DNA of 64,000 bases, taken from positions 60,202,001 through 60,266,000 of the forward strand of contig OZ024748.1 in NCBI GenBank assembly GCA_964016885.1, read 5' to 3'. The notes below the pieces were generated by a model. The model saw nothing but the letters and a program-made list of their open reading frames with translations, was not told the DNA's origin and searched no databases. The stretch is from Eledone cirrhosa (Eukaryota). Every line of letters begins with the position of its first letter. Within the stretch, counting starts at the first letter, position 1. Below are positions 15,295 to 31,420 of this stretch, piece after piece. The position numbers were made by a program, and so were the translations under genes.

Positions 15295-18200
15295 CTACAG
15301 TCGCATGACCAGAGTAGGCTCACTCACACGGGCCATTCTCGCCACATTCACCCACCTTTCAGCAAATGTACTGGGAGCCAGCACTTCTCTCTCCACCCTC
15401 ACCTTCCTTTCCAAGTGAAACTTGAAAAAGTTGATGAGGGATTGGCCGAAGAGAAAAAGTGTCTGTTTTCAGTCCTTTCAACCTCGTCCACCATACAACC
15501 TCTTTCGCTGCTGCCACCAGACAGAGGAAAATTGCCTGCCCTTCCTGGCCAAAAGAAGGCGGCGGGTCGATCTTCACTATGGACTCGGCCGATAGCCGGA
15601 TCCGTTCTACACGCGACAACAGCTGTTCAACATAACTCCACAAGTCAGTAATGCACGGACACTGGACGAGTGCGTGCAGAACGGTTTCGTCGCTCTGCGC
15701 GCATCTCGGGCACGTCCGTCTGACAGCACTTCCGTGCCTGTAGAGTTTATCTCAAACCGGCAGTGCCCCCGGTAGCACTGCCAAGCGAGGGATTTTTGGA
15801 AATTATCCATCGTCCCCAGCTCGAAAGTCCTCCGGTACAGACTGGTTAGTTCGACTTCGTCGACTCCCAGAGCCTCTACGAGTGCGTCGTCGCACGTCCC
15901 ACCACTAATCCTCTATAGAACTCGAGAGTGGAAGTTCCACTGACCGCATTGCCCGCCTGGTAGAGGGCAGTGAGTGCCTGGCAACATTCCAGATGCCAGT
16001 CACTCAGTTTCGGTCTCTTCTTGACTCAGGACTGCAGCTCAGTCAAAGAAACGAGCTGCGGAGAGGCCCGTCTGACAAAGGGCGACCACACCTATTCACC
16101 GTTTAGGCAGAATATCTGGAGATGCCGCAGCCTCAGCGCGTGTCTGCGCATCATTAGCCACGGCATACTCAGCCCTCCACGTAGAGGGTGCTGGCAGCAG
16201 ATGGACTTCCTCACCAGCGGAACCTGACCCCTCCACAAGAATTTGAAGAGGAGCCGCTCCAAGGTAGCGAGGCGCGAACGGGTCAAAGGACGACGGTCAG
16301 ACGGTAGTAGATGACGGACGCGATGTACGCGTTCGCCACATCCGCCCGACCTTTCAGTGATAGCTTCCTCCCAGCCCATTTCTGGGTGAGACTGGCTACC
16401 CTGCCCGTCACCTCGTCCTAATTATTATCCACCTGGAGGTCTGGCCCGAACCAAACCCCGAGCAACTTTATCGGTCCGTCCGTCCAGCGCCTAACGACGC
16501 TGTTGGACGGCATGGACTTGCCTCTCCAGGTGCCGAGTTGCAAGCCCACCGACTTTTCCGGGTTAAGTTTTGCTCCCGTCAACCTTTCATATTCCTCCAA
16601 TAAGTTGCCGACCATCTCGATTTCTGAGGTGTCCGAAACCATCACGGTGATGTCCGCATAAGCCGACACAGCCTTTCCGCGTCCCGGTTCGAGCGGGATG
16701 CCCTGCAACAGCTCCAGCTTCCGCAGTAAAGGCTCGAGAGTCAATACGTACAGAAAGGAGGAGAGAGGGCACCCTTGACGGACCGATCAGGAGATCTGAA
16801 ACGGTTCCGAAAGGTGGCCATTAATTTTGATCACCGAGCAGGTGCCGCTGTGCATTGCAGCGATCCAGCTTCTGAAGACGGGGCCGATGCCAGCCGCCTT
16901 GAGGACAGCCTCCAGGTACCGATGGTCGACCCTTATCGAATGCTTTCGATTGATCTAAATTGAACAGAGCCCCACCGAAGCTAGGTTTACACCCTACCCT
17001 CTCTATGATGTATCGCATTAGGTGGAGGTTGTCATGTATGGACCTAGTTGGGATTGCGTAAGTTTGCGCTTCCCCAACCAAATCCCCGACGACAAGCGCC
17101 AACCACTTCGCTAACACCCTGGCCAGAATCTTAAACTCTGTGTTGAGCAGAGTTATGAGCCTGAAATTGTCTAATGTGTCCCTCTTGTTCTCGTCTTTCC
17201 TTATCAGCGTCACTACGCCCCGGCTCACAGAACTGGGAATACTCCCGTTTTGCTGCCAGTTGTAGTAGAGGGCTTCGAGCAGATTGGAGAACAAGTCTGG
17301 CATATTTACGTAAAGCTCGTAGGGCAGACCATCCAAACCGGGTGACTTGCGTCTCATGCAGCCGACAAGGGCATCCTGAATCTCGGCTGAAGTAATTGGC
17401 CTTTCGCAGCGCCCAGCGTCAGCCGTCGAGAGTTGCGGCAAGCCATCGAGGTAGGGACTGAAGTCCGCCACCGTCTCTAACCGGCCACTTCCCCCGAACA
17501 ACCGAGAAAAATGTTGGCGAAAGGCCTCACACATCCGCTTGGAATCGCTAAGCTCGTGTCCGTCTCGGTCCGTCAAAGGCCGAATCGTGGTTTTATTACT
17601 ACGCTGCGCCTCTGCCACGCGGGCCCATCGAACAGCTTTGGTTCCCTCGTTTCTCAGAGCACGCGCCTTAGCTCTGACAATGCAACCTTCGTGTTTCGCA
17701 TCGAAGAAATGGTCTAATGCCATTCTCGCCGCTAGCACGTCAGTTACAATGCCACTACCAATAGCCTCGTCTAACTTATCTACCAACTCCCCCTGCTTTC
17801 TATTTTTCTCTAACGCTACTTCTTTGCTAAACTCTATCGACATTACTCTAATCTCTCTTTTGAGAGCCCCCCACCATCTATTGTTGACGACTCCCCTGTC
17901 AACTTTTTCTTAACTAAATTGTTGACCTGGTCCCTGTAAGCCTTACGTGCCGGAAATGACATGTTTAGCTTCCAGTAACCAGGTCCTAACCTACGCGTCT
18001 TATCTAGGTCGACCATACATATCGCAAACTTGTGATCTGAATAGGCGACCGTTTCAAAACGTGGACAGCTTACACTATTTCTGTCTATTTTCCTAACGAA
18101 TATCCTGTCTATATACGATTTAGATGACCCTATGCGGTTAGTCCAGGTCCACACTGGCGCATTAGGGAAATCTAGTCGGTACCTGTCAGACAGTTGGAAC

Positions 18201-18711
18201 TGGCTGATCAGGTTCTTGAGGCTTTTGCACCCCCAGCTTCTATCGGATACTCCCACACCGTCCCAGCGTGCCTCTAAGATGCCGTTCCAGTCCCCCTTAA
18301 CAGTAAAGGGCGAGACGTACCCAGAAAGGCTTCCAGGCGTCTAAAGAAGTGCGGCCGTCCTGCCCCAGTAGGGGCATAGACGGCCACCAGTCTAAAGGCA
18401 CTACCTTCGTTATTGTTCACGTCCAGGATCACCAACTTCCCGTCCGGGTCCCGGAAGATTGACCTTACCTCGAGATCCAGGCCTTTCCTAAACAGCACTG
18501 CCACCCCGCCTCCCATTCCCGGCCGGCTAACAGATGCAAAGATCTGATAGTCGTCGAAAATGGGGGCTAGTGCGCGCTTGTCGGAAATCCTGGTCTCGTT
18601 GACGGCAATTACATCCATTTCTAGAGACCTGAGGTCGTTGAGCAGGTGACCCTGCTTCCAGGACGATCCCAGGCCTCGAACATTTAAACTTCCTATTCTT
18701 AATACGGCCAT
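15295..18711 (-). pseudogene. LINE ORF2 (APE endonuclease, reverse transcriptase, C-terminal Zn finger), several frameshifts
   Basis: SLNVRGL, NETR, AVYAP, WTW, IDRIF, SDH, GYWKLN, KSPGLDGLPYELY, LLNTEFKIL, LDQSKAFD, SAYAD-ITV (one catalytic Asp missing). Ends VARMARVSEPTLVMRL*. Confidence 0.92.
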
Positions 18712-18743
18712 GTTGGCAGGTTAAAAAGAGAGAGAGGAAAGGT

Positions 18744-20697
18744 TTACTTACTTTCCGGGCTCTTGTGAAGGTCGGGTTGTTCGACCTCCATAGTTGGTAG
18801 GGTTTCTTTTGGGAACCCCTTTAAAAGTCTTGAAGTGGGTTTTACGTTCGGGGTTCTCACGTCCCGAGGAAAGCTGTCTCGTATTTCTTTGTATAATTCG
18901 ATCGACATTCGCACCAGAACCAAATCTTCCGGCACGCGAAATGTGCTCGATTTAAAAATTTCCCCCTCTTTTTGTATATTTTCACTTCGTGCTACGAGGG
19001 CCATCAGTTACTTGTTGGCCCTCCTGACGAGCACGATGTTTTGTATGTTTTGTTGGTGTGATTTTATTTGTTTGCGTGGCTGTGGTGGTGATGGTTTTGG
19101 TGGTGATGGTTTTGGTGGTGTTGTTTCGGTTGTGTCTGTGTTTATTGTGAGTGCGGTGTCTGTGGTTTCAGATGTTTGTGTGTGTATTTGTTCTTGCGTC
19201 TGTTTAGGTTGTTTGCGTTTGGGGGATTCTGGTGATGGTGATGGTGGTGTTGATGTTGGTGTTATTGGAGAGATGTTTGCGTGGGTGGTGTCTTCATTTT
19301 TTATTGTGGGTGATTTTGTGCTTTGTTGAGTTTTTTTTCCTTTTTGTGTTTCCTTTTTTGTATTTTGGGGGATTTTGATTTTCCCTCATTTTCACTACTG
19401 GTAGATGAGGGGTCTGTGTCTGTAAGTGTGTCTGTGTGTGTGTTTATGTTTTTATTGGTGTGTGTATTTTTTTGGGGAAGGGGAATTTGACAACTTTCCT
19501 CGTTTCCCCCCTGGGTGGACAATGTTGGTGGTGGTCTTTCTATTGGTGTTGTTGGTGGTGGTTTTGCCGATGCTGGTGTTATTTGTGTCCTCGCCCCGGC
19601 GTCGGCAGCAGTGGAGCCTTTCGACCCCTTGCATCTTTCAGCAGTTGGGGGAAGAAGGCTCGCACATGTGTTTTTTCCCACAAACAAAACAATGCGGCCT
19701 TTTACCCTCGGTCATAATATGAATGACCGTCCCATTCTGAAGGCGGATGTGGTCCGGGATTGTCTTCACATTCTCGGGCCTGATCTGGAGAAGGATCTCC
19801 AGGTCAACCCCGGACCAGTGCTCTCTGGCCGTTCTGGTCACTTCTATCGGGACGGTATCCGCAATCACACATCCCAGAAGCCACCACATGTCAAGTCCTG
19901 GTGGCATTCTAGGAATGCGGAGACGAGCCGTTCTTTTTCCCATGTGGGAGTGGTACATTATGACCTTGCTGGTTTTGCAAGGAGTCATAGCGTGTTTCAT
20001 AGCGAGGGCTTCTGACTTGAACAGCACCGAAATGGTGCCGTACTGTCTGCCCCTCGCTATGTATTCGGTGTCTTCTCTGATGCACCTCAACGCGACTTCG
20101 ACATCTGCTTGTTGGATTAAAGCTGCCCTTTTGGTTTGTGCTGAGATGCATCTATAATGCACCGTTCTGCGCTCCACTGCCTCAATAGCTTCTACCGGTA
20201 CAGTTAAGTTGGCCCAGGTTTGCTCTTGATTGATGAGCTTCCATGCCTGGGCCAACTTTTCATCTTTGTTTGAGAGGTCTATGTTGAAACATGGCCTCTT
20301 TTTTGCTGCTGCCGCAGCGAAAGTGTTCTTCTTGATGACGTTGGGGGTGTTGTTGTTGTTGTCGTTGTTCTTGTTGGTGTTGTTGTTATCACTGTCGCTG
20401 TTATCATTGTTGTCTCTGGTGCCACCGTTGTTCTCGATGCAGTTGGTATTGTTGCTGTTGGTGTTGTCGCTATTTGTTTTCATGTTAGTGGTGTTGATAT
20501 TGTTGCTGCATTTGTCATTTTTTTTTGTTATCTGTATTTTCGTTGTCGCTGTTACTGTCATTATTTTCAAAACTAGAGTTCTCATTGGTATCATTGGTGT
20601 CTTTGTTTACATTGTTTGTGGTGGTGTTTGTGTTATCAACTTCTACGTCGTTGTCGCACGACAGCAGACATATCGCTGGAGGGCGTGGTTCAGCCAT
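18744..20697 (-). pseudogene. LINE ORF1 (Asn-rich N-terminus, gag-like Zn knuckle CFVCGKKHMC, low-complexity C-terminus), frameshifted
   Basis: Consecutive minus-strand ORF-track segments 20515-20697, 19638-20594, 19301-19687 and 18744-19004 lie directly upstream of ORF2. Confidence 0.75.
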
Positions 20698-20930
20698 GTT
20701 TTTTTTTGTTTTTGTTTTTTTTCTCGAAAATTTTAAAAAATGTAAAAAAGTTCAAATATTTGGGCCAAAAGGCCCAAATAATATTCTTTCCCCTTCACAG
20801 GGCAAAGTCCAAGGGCTTGTATGCCTTACACAACAACAAACAATTCAATAAATCAGTTTTGATAGGTAAATAAGTGAACTTACAAGAGCGAGCAAAAAGT
20901 CGTCCATTCAGACTCAATAATAATAATAAT

Positions 20931-21117
20931 TGTTTCTACTTTAGGCACAAGGCCAGCAATTACCCAGTGTATTACTGGTACTTTATTTTATCGACCTCGT
21001 AAGGATGAAAAGCAAAGATAACCTCGGGGGGATTTGAAGTCAGATCATAAAGGGGGGTAACTCTATTCAACACAGCATGGCGTCTGACCCTCTACCGATA
21101 CTGCCAATCCATCCCCG
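20931..21117 (-). mobile_element. tRNA-derived SINE (family S)
   Basis: Reverse complement of ggattggcagtatcggtagag...gcttttcatccttacgaggtcgataaaataaagtaccag...ggccttgtgcctaaagtagaaaca, with an (ATT)n tail. Confidence 0.85.
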
Positions 21118-21129
21118 AATAATAATAAT

Positions 21130-21314
21130 TGTTTCTTTATTAACCAGAAAAGTGTTTACGACCACATCATAGATGGGGCATTGTGACACAGTGTGGTTGT
21201 ATGGAAACGGCTAAAACAGAAATAACAATAACAAAAACAAAAGCAAAAACAAAAGATATAATAAAAATATTAAAACCAAGAATATTTTCCTATAGGGGGA
21301 GATTTCCGAAGGCC
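21130..21314 (-). mobile_element. Tx1-type 3'-end stub
   Basis: End ggttaataaagaaaca-attatt. Motif cctatagggggagatttccgaagg is similar to 56393-56418. Confidence 0.55.
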
Positions 21315-21574
21315 GCTTGAGTTTTAAAAAAAAAAACCTTCAAAAATCTACGAATAATTGTTTGTAATTTAGAAGCAATCTCAAAGATATGGTATAGCGA
21401 TAACTACGATGGCTGTACTTGGCAGGTACTTGATTTTATCGTCACGAGAAGGATGAAATCATGAGGTTGAAGTCAGAACTTAAAAAACAAAATCTGATAA
21501 AAATACCACAGGGCCCGACTTTCTAATGGCTGTAGCTATCCTTACTGCTTGAATAAAAGGAGAAGATTTCAACC

Positions 21575-22050
21575 CAAACAACAACAACAACAACAACAGC
21601 AACACCTCCCCCCCCAGTAATAGCAACAGCAACAGCAACAATAACAACATCAACACGACCAGTAACAACAAAAGAAACACTGCTATCACCCCCAACAACA
21701 AAAACTGGCAACCACCAGGAACAAAAGCCCCCACCAACAACAACAATAACACCAGTGGCAACACCAACACTACCATGAACAACAACAGCAACACCTCCAC
21801 CACCCCCAGTAACAACAACAGCAACAATAACAACATCAACGCTACCAGCAACAACAAGAGAAACACCACTATCACCACCAAAAAACAACACCAGCAACCA
21901 CCACTACCATGAACAACAACAACACCAGCAACCACCAATACCATGAACAACAACAACAGCAGCAACCACCACTACCAACAACAACACCATCAACAACAAC
22001 ACCACCACCAATAACAACACCATCACCACGACCGCCACAACACCAACACA
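21575..22050. repeat. (AAC/ACC)n compound repeat with an internal ~186 bp duplication
   Basis: cagtaa...aacaataacaacatcaac...aagaaacac block repeated at about 21615 and 21807. Confidence 0.85.
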
Positions 22051-22145
22051 ACGATAATACAAATAAATAGATACATTGGGGATACATTAAATAATAAAAC
22101 AGAAAAAATCTGGTTAGAAAGTAACAAAAAACTGAAAACAAAAAT

Positions 22146-22332
22146 TGTTTCTACTTTTGGCACAAGGCCAGCAATTATTACAGTGTATTACTGGTACTTT
22201 ATTTTATCGACCCCGTAAGAATGAAAGGCAAAGTTAACCTTGGTGGGATTTGAACTCAGATCATAAAGGGCGGTAACTCTTTGCTGCATAGCATGGCGTC
22301 AGACCTTCTACCGATACTGCCAATCTACACCC
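22146..22332 (-). mobile_element. SINE family S; older degenerate copies follow at 22440-22870
   Basis: Same head, core and tail as 20931-21117. Confidence 0.85.
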
Positions 22333-23740
22333 TAAAAATTAAAAACAATAATATCCAGAATTAAGGGAGGTACCACCCAGGGGTAATTAAGGAAAGCCTC
22401 AGATCAGAGATCACCTTCATCACCAAGGGTGCCATAATATTGTTTCTAGAACTGGCACAAGATCAGCAATTAGGGGAAAAGGGAAAGTCGATTATATCAA
22501 TCCCAGTACTTAACTGGTCCTTTTTTTCATGGACCTCTAAGGATGAAAGTCAAATTTGACCTTGGCAAATACTAGTTGATTATATCTACCCCAGAACTTA
22601 ACTTGTACTTTATATTATTGACCCCGGAAGGATGAGAGTCAAATTTGATATTGTCGCAGGATTTAAATTCAGAAAGTCAGGAAGCAGAACCACTACTGTT
22701 ACACCTCTGTCGGATGCTCTAACGACTCTGCTTATCCATTATCCTGATAATAGTAATCATTTCTAATTTAAACACAAATCCTACAATTTGTAGGGAGAAG
22801 AATGTCGATTATATTGAACCGAGTCCCTGACTGGTGTTTACTTTGTTTAACCTGGGACGGATGAAAAACAAACAGTAATGGTGATATTTTCTTTTATTAA
22901 CCTCAAGCATTCACACATATAATGCGATACACGTTACAAACGTAGATGTTACGATACATGTCAGGCTGGATAAAGTTATACGGATATGGGAATAGCGGCA
23001 AGACCGTTAAACATAAATTTCCAGAAATAATATTATTAGTTATTGTCGATTTTCATTTCGTTCTACCTTTGAGACTCAGGAAAACCTTGATCCTTAATCG
23101 TTATGAATTTATACATTTGCAATTTTAATTAAATTTCAAGTTAATACTAATTAGTTTATTTCACGTTGATAATTAACCAATGGCAAGCCAGTTTTACATT
23201 CATTCAAAATTTATTTGTATAATTATAGAGAAAAATAAGAATAACAACAACAGCAATAGCAACAACAATGACAAACTAAACTGGTACATTTCTCCCTGGC
23301 AGCATAGTTAAGATCTAATAAGCCCATATTTTCAAAATGGCTGTTGTTTTTTTTATGTAATTCCAAACATGTATTTTGTATATTTCCCGACTTGCTAAAA
23401 GAGTTGTATTTCTCCTGAAGGACATAACAATATAAATGCCTATCAAATATTTTAGAAAAACCTAAACTTTTAGAAGAAGAATTTAAAAAGTATTTCATAT
23501 TCACAAAAAATTGTAATACTGTTTGAATATAATTTAATTAAATAATTTGTTAATTATTTTATTTTCTTTCTCATTTTTTTTCTGTCTTGATCCCCTGGCA
23601 TTGAACTACTAAGAAGTGTTGAGATACTACTATATATTATTTTCTATTTGCTGACCGAGATAATTTAGTTGATCTGTGTGACAAATAATCCGCAGTTCAA
23701 ATCACACAACCGGGACACCACTTTGTTTTTTTTACCAAAA

Positions 23741-23838
<98 letters not shown>

Positions 23839-24178
23839 ACAGACACACACACATATATATATATAGTAGTGAAAGAGTGAAGAATAACATGGTCGGCTGT
23901 ACAAAAAGGGTCTTATTTACAGTATTAATAATTGTTTCATTGATCAGGTGAGTCTAAAGGCCGCTGATCACTTGAAATTGAGTCACTCGACCTTAAATAC
24001 AGTGTGCGTCTCTGATCAAATTATCGGAATACTTCCTCTAACTGGATTACCTAAAACGATAACTTGTTATCAGATTAAATTTTAAGCAAAGAATCGCTGC
24101 TTTCACCCTTAAACTTTAATAAATATTTGATCCTTATCGAGCCCTCATTTGGATTTTAGTCTTAACATTTATTATTAT

Positions 24179-24216
<38 letters not shown>

Positions 24217-24566
24217 TCTTTCTCCCTTTATTTCTTTCTATATATAAATGTAAATATGTTTATATATGTATATATGTGTCCCATATTCACAGACCTGAAG
24301 CAAAATAAATAATCGAGTCGATGTAATCGACTGAATCATACAAATCCTTCAATATTGTGCCCCAGTATGGCCAAAGTAATCTAAGGACTGAAACCAGTAA
24401 AAGAATGAAAGAACATTCCAATCTTGTAATATTTTACTGACAATTTTTGTTGATTTCCAATCACATTTAAAAGCGAATCCAATGTTATTAATTAATTTGT
24501 TTTTGTTTTATTCTTTTATTTTTGTAAATTTCTTCTTTTATATTATCAATTATTTCCAACTGTCCT

Positions 24567-24885
24567 AGCATCAACACTATCATCATCGTCGCCATTATCA
24601 CAGCATAAACACTATCATCATCAGCGCCATTATCACAGCATCAGCACTATGATCATCAGCGCCATTATCACAGCATCAACACTATGATCATCAGCGCTAT
24701 TATCCCAGCATCAACACTATCATCACCAACGCCATTATCCCAGCATCAACACTATCATCGTCAGCGCCATTATCACAGCATCAACACTATCATCACCAAC
24801 GCCATTATCCCAGCAGCAACACTATCATCATCAGCGCTATTATCACAGCATCAACACTATCATTATCAACGCCATTATCACAGCC
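24567..24885. repeat. 35 bp minisatellite, about 9 units
   Basis: Unit agcatcaacactatcatcatcagcgccattatcac. Confidence 0.92.
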
Positions 24886-25210
24886 ACTATTGTGTTATTA
24901 ATTTGTTTTAAGTCGGCAACGTTGATAAAGTGTTTCTCTAAAATAGGAAACGAAACGAATGAGGAAGAGTTAAGATTTGTTAGCGTTGTTAAACTATGAT
25001 TAATAATTACTGTTGGGAGATAAAAATGAAGATTAATTGTTTTAAATACTCTGGTGTGAAATCAACGCTTTAATTCTTCGAATCATTTCACTTCTTTTCA
25101 ACTACAACGAATACATTTAATATATTTAACTTAGCGTTAAGACCTACATTTTGGAGATCAGTGTCCCAGTTGTTAGAGTGCTTGGTTCAGGATTACAACA
25201 TAATCAGTTC

Positions 25211-25408
25211 AGGGCGGAGGGTTGGCAGTATCGGTAGAGGGTCGGACGCCATGCTTTGACGCATAGAGTTACGGCCCTTGCCATTCTGAGTTCAAATCCC
25301 GCCGAGGTTAACTTTGCCTTTCATCCTTAGGGGGGGGGGTCGATAAAATAAAGTACCAGTAATACACTGGGTATTTGCTGGCCTTCTGCCAAAAGTAGAA
25401 ACAATATT
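25211..25408 (+). mobile_element. SINE family S nested in an older tRNA-derived SINE
   Basis: TSD atcagttc at 25203-25210 and 25409-25416. The flanks rejoin into a second tRNA-like head with a ttgaacaaggaacttta core. Confidence 0.85.
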
Positions 25409-25872
25409 ATCAGTTCGATCTCTCGACTCGGTGGGGGTTTTATGTTTTGAACAAGGAACTTTATTTCACTTTGCTCCAGTTTACCTGTGACACCAGTGGT
25501 GCCAAGCTGTAATGGCTTTGAGCCATATTGACGACGGGAAGAATATGAATAGGTAATGATTGGTGACTGCTAGTCTTCCACATATTGCATTACCCACGTC
25601 TGCGGCATTGAGAGGAAATTTCCATGTGCAAAATCATAGACTTTCATTACCAAAGAGGTCATATTATATCTTAGACTTTGGTTAATAGTTTTACATATTT
25701 GGTTATATATCAGAAAGTATATGCCCCTGTGGGTAAGAAGTTCTCTATGTAACTACGGCACTGTGTCGTCTTGGATCCCATTATGCCGCTCTTCCTCGGG
25801 CTGGCCAATGATTGCGAGTGAATCTTTTAAACAAAAACCGGGGAATTTTATTTTATGTACACAAAAACAACC

Positions 25873-25909
<37 letters not shown>

Positions 25910-25933
25910 TACATATATATATATATATACACT

Positions 25934-25971
<38 letters not shown>

Positions 25972-25972
25972 T

Positions 25973-26026
<54 letters not shown>

Positions 26027-26051
26027 GCATATATATATATATATATATATA

Positions 26052-26170
26052 GGGTAAGAGTCAGGACCCCGACGGCTGAGCTCCGGCCATTTCGACAGCT
26101 AGATCCTCAGTCAGTATCGAGTATTCTGGTGCGTTACATTCCACCTGGTATCTTACCACACCTTCTTTGT
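26052..26170 (+). mobile_element. Family A element: inverted arm joined to a short 3' tail, in (TA)n
   Basis: gaccccgacggc...tttcgac arm, and tail gagtattctggtgcgtta...cttaccaca matching 1-77 and 3678-3757 in reverse. Confidence 0.6.
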
Positions 26171-26691
26171 TATATATATATATCAAGGGCGGTGCCCCAG
26201 CATGGCCTCAGCCGGATGGCTGAAACAGGTAAAAGAGTAAAAGAGTATATATATATATATATAGAGAGAGAGAGGGGGGGGGGGAGTGATAGATAGATAG
26301 ATAGGTAGATAAATAGATAGAGAAATAGAGAGAGAGAAATAGAGACTATGTGCGCGCGAGTGTGTGTGTGTCTGTGTGTGTGTATGTCTTCATGTATATG
26401 TATATGTATATGTATAAACATGTTTCTGGCAGCAGGATTTGAACTGAGAGTGTAAAGAGCCGGCAAAAATATAGCAAAAGACGTATAATCAAATAATCTA
26501 ACGCCTCAATATATAATATTAATGGCAATAAAATAGTGCTAAAAATACTGAAGACGTTGATGATGGCGGTGATGGTGTCGATGATGATGATTATGATGAC
26601 GGTGGTGGTGATGACGATGATGTCGATAATGACGGTGAAGATATTACTGCTGCTTCTATTACTGTTACCACTATTGCTGATGATGGTGATA

Positions 26692-26725
<34 letters not shown>

Positions 26726-27199
26726 CGGTGAGTGTTATGGAGATGAGGATAACGATGATGATGATGATGACACGATGATGACGACAATGATAATATAACT
26801 ATGACAAAAACAACCCCTTACATCTACACTCTGTCTAACTAAATAGAATGTAAATCTAGTTAATATTCTTTATTTTATTTTATTTGTTTGTCCTTAAAGT
26901 TCGAAACTAACCATTGTTGGGAATTTTCTAAGAAGGCAGAATAAAGGGACATAGAACGCCGACCAAACAGTTCTGATAGAAGACATTCCAAGGGATTCTT
27001 TCCCCCATCCATCTATTATAGTACAACAGTTGTTCTACTGAACACAACAAACCGGTGACTTCCTGGGCTACTTCCGAAATGGTAAGATGGCTAGAATAAA
27101 TTGTTATAGTAATTTGTCCAGTGAAATCATCAGGTTTCTGGAGAATCTCTCTGAATACAATTAAGTCAGTTTGCTGTTATATATATAAGCAGGTTTATA

Positions 27200-27238
<39 letters not shown>

Positions 27239-27387
27239 CGGCTTAATTACATAATACATACACACACACATACAAAACTACCGCACAGACAAACACACAC
27301 ATCTATACATACATGCACACACTCACACGTATATATGTATGTGTGTGTGTGTGTGTATGTATATAAAACATGTACGTGAATTTATAA

Positions 27388-27420
<33 letters not shown>

Positions 27421-27440
27421 CACAAATACATACACCGATA

Positions 27441-27479
<39 letters not shown>

Positions 27480-28064
27480 GTCCACGTATATGCATAGACG
27501 CAATACAATAAACTCTAATATACGCATTTGCCACAGGGTAGTGCGTATCTCTCTCTCTCTCTCTCTGTCTCCCTCTCTCTCTCTCTATATATAAATATAT
27601 ACACACTATACAACAGATTATGTCTGACCTCTCTAGCATTCTTTATATTTTCTGATAGACAATAATTGAGTTAACATTTATACTTTTTCTTCTCTCGTTC
27701 CCTATTTTCACAATGCTCTCCATCTTATTTTTTCAGCGTCCTCTTTCTTTTTTGTTTTTGTTCTGCCTCCAGTAAATTTTGCAAACAATGCTGGTGTGCA
27801 ACAAAATGTTTAGTGCCATTGTTGTGTGCACATTAACTGCAGGCTCTTGTTGCGTTCTCTTTAGCCATAGTTTACTAGTAAAAGCAAGCGCTCAATTATC
27901 TACTTGTTTTGTCGAGTAACCCCTACCTCTCCTGATCTATGACAATATTGTTATCTCTATTGGAGTACGAGGAAGTTATAGAAACTGTTATTGTTGCTGT
28001 TATTGTGTTATTGAGAGGGCGATGATGATGAGGATGTTTATGTCACCATGTGTGTCTGTTTCTG

Positions 28065-29930
<1,866 letters not shown>

Positions 29931-30329
29931 TGAATGTACATGTGTGAGTTTGTGAGTTTGTGTGTTTCTGTGTGTGTGTGATAGAGAGAGAGGGTATGTG
30001 GAAGAGCGTGTGTTTGCTGGTTCGTATGTATGCGGGTCTGCTAATATATAGTATTCACCAATAAGAACGAAAATGTGATAAAGAAACAGAATTAAATTGT
30101 CGAATCTGTTGAAGAATACCATGTTTCTTTCAACATACTGTAGACAGTGACTGTAAATATTATTGATTAACCTACCTCATCACAAATCTCAAAGTTTCTA
30201 TTTAATTAGTTGATCTCATTGTCTCGTTGCTATTTATTTATACAGACGTGGCGAGATTTGAACTCATAATGCAGAATTTACAGCATCGTCACCTTACATT
30301 CTTTGCATAGTTTCGTCTTCTCTCTTGAA

Positions 30330-30392
30330 GTCTCTCGCTCTTTCTCTCTCTCGCTTTCACTCATTCTTTCTATCTCTCTCTCTCTGTCTGTC

Positions 30393-30434
<42 letters not shown>

Positions 30435-30607
30435 TCTCTCTTTCTTTCTCTCTCTCTCTTTCTTTCTGTCTTTCTCTCTTTCACTCGCTTTCTCTCTCTC
30501 TCTTTCTGTCTTTCACTCACTTTTTCTCTATCTCGTTTTCTGTCTTTCTCTCTTTCACTGACTCCCCCCTCTCTCTCTCTCTTTCTTTCTGTCTTTCTCT
30601 CTTTCAC

Positions 30608-30653
<46 letters not shown>

Positions 30654-30701
30654 ACTCACTTTTTCTCTCTCTATCTCGTTTTCTGTCTTTCTCTCTTTCA
30701 C

Positions 30702-30750
<49 letters not shown>

Positions 30751-30826
30751 CTGTCTTTTTTTCCCTCGCTTTCTCTCCCTCACTCTCTCTTTCTGTCTTT
30801 CACTCACTTTTTCTCTCTCTATCTCG

Positions 30827-30883
<57 letters not shown>

Positions 30884-30895
30884 CATCTCTCTCTT
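30330..30895. repeat. (TC)n compound repeat
   Basis: Visible, with internal block duplications. Confidence 0.9.
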
Positions 30896-31197
30896 CATTT
30901 CTCACTGCAAGTTGTCAGATATGGTTAAACCTTGAGACTGATGGGCTCCACCATATTTTTAAAATGTCAAAGACCCCTGTTTCTTTGACACCCTTAGACG
31001 TTGTAGTATGAATACGAGCGAGTGATAATAGTGTGCCATTTCTTTTCCTGTAGTAGTGGAAGTAACGAGCCCTTTTCAATCTTATTACATTCGGTCAGCT
31101 TAATACCAGCTGATTAATAAATAAAATATAGTGTTTTGGATACAGTAAACATAGGTGTTACGTATAATTGGTGACAGACATTAATCTGCATAATAAT

Positions 31198-31420
31198 CGT
31201 TTCTGATATAGGCACAAGGCCAGACATTTTTTTTTTTGGGGGGGGGGAGGGAAAGTTGATTAAATCTACCCCAGGGCATCACTGTTACTTTATTTTATCG
31301 ACCCCTTAAGGACGAAAGACAAAGCTAACCTCGGCAGGATTTGAGCTCAGAATGTAAAGAAATTCTAGGACGTGAAGCAGGGTGCCCGACGCTCTACCGA
31401 ATCTGGCAATTCATCGCCCT
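31198..31420 (-). mobile_element. SINE (family S-related) with 17 bp TSD
   Basis: TSD ttaatctgcataataat at 31181-31197 and 31421-31437. Confidence 0.85.

Larger units (their letters stand above)
15014..20915 (-). mobile_element. Near full-length Tx1/L1-clade non-LTR retrotransposon (~5.9 kb), frameshifted
   Basis: ORF1 then APE-RT-CCHC ORF2. 3' end ggcccttgtggccaataaatgaaatc followed by (ATT)n; (ATT)n also at the 5' junction. Confidence 0.92.

Noticed and set aside
15081-20851. Plus-strand ORFs over the Tx1 element
   Set aside because: Antisense shadows of the GC-richer LINE ORFs.
24567-24885. CRISPR-like regular repeat
   Set aside because: No unique spacers; a simple 35 bp minisatellite in eukaryotic DNA.
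25211-25310. tRNA genes at SINE heads (also 56985-57040, 59054-59120)
   Set aside because: Only A/B-box-like remnants joined to SINE bodies; no convincing cloverleaf.
27100-27145. CTGATGA on the minus strand resembling the 10826 hammerhead
   Set aside because: No GAAA or stem III at a suitable distance.
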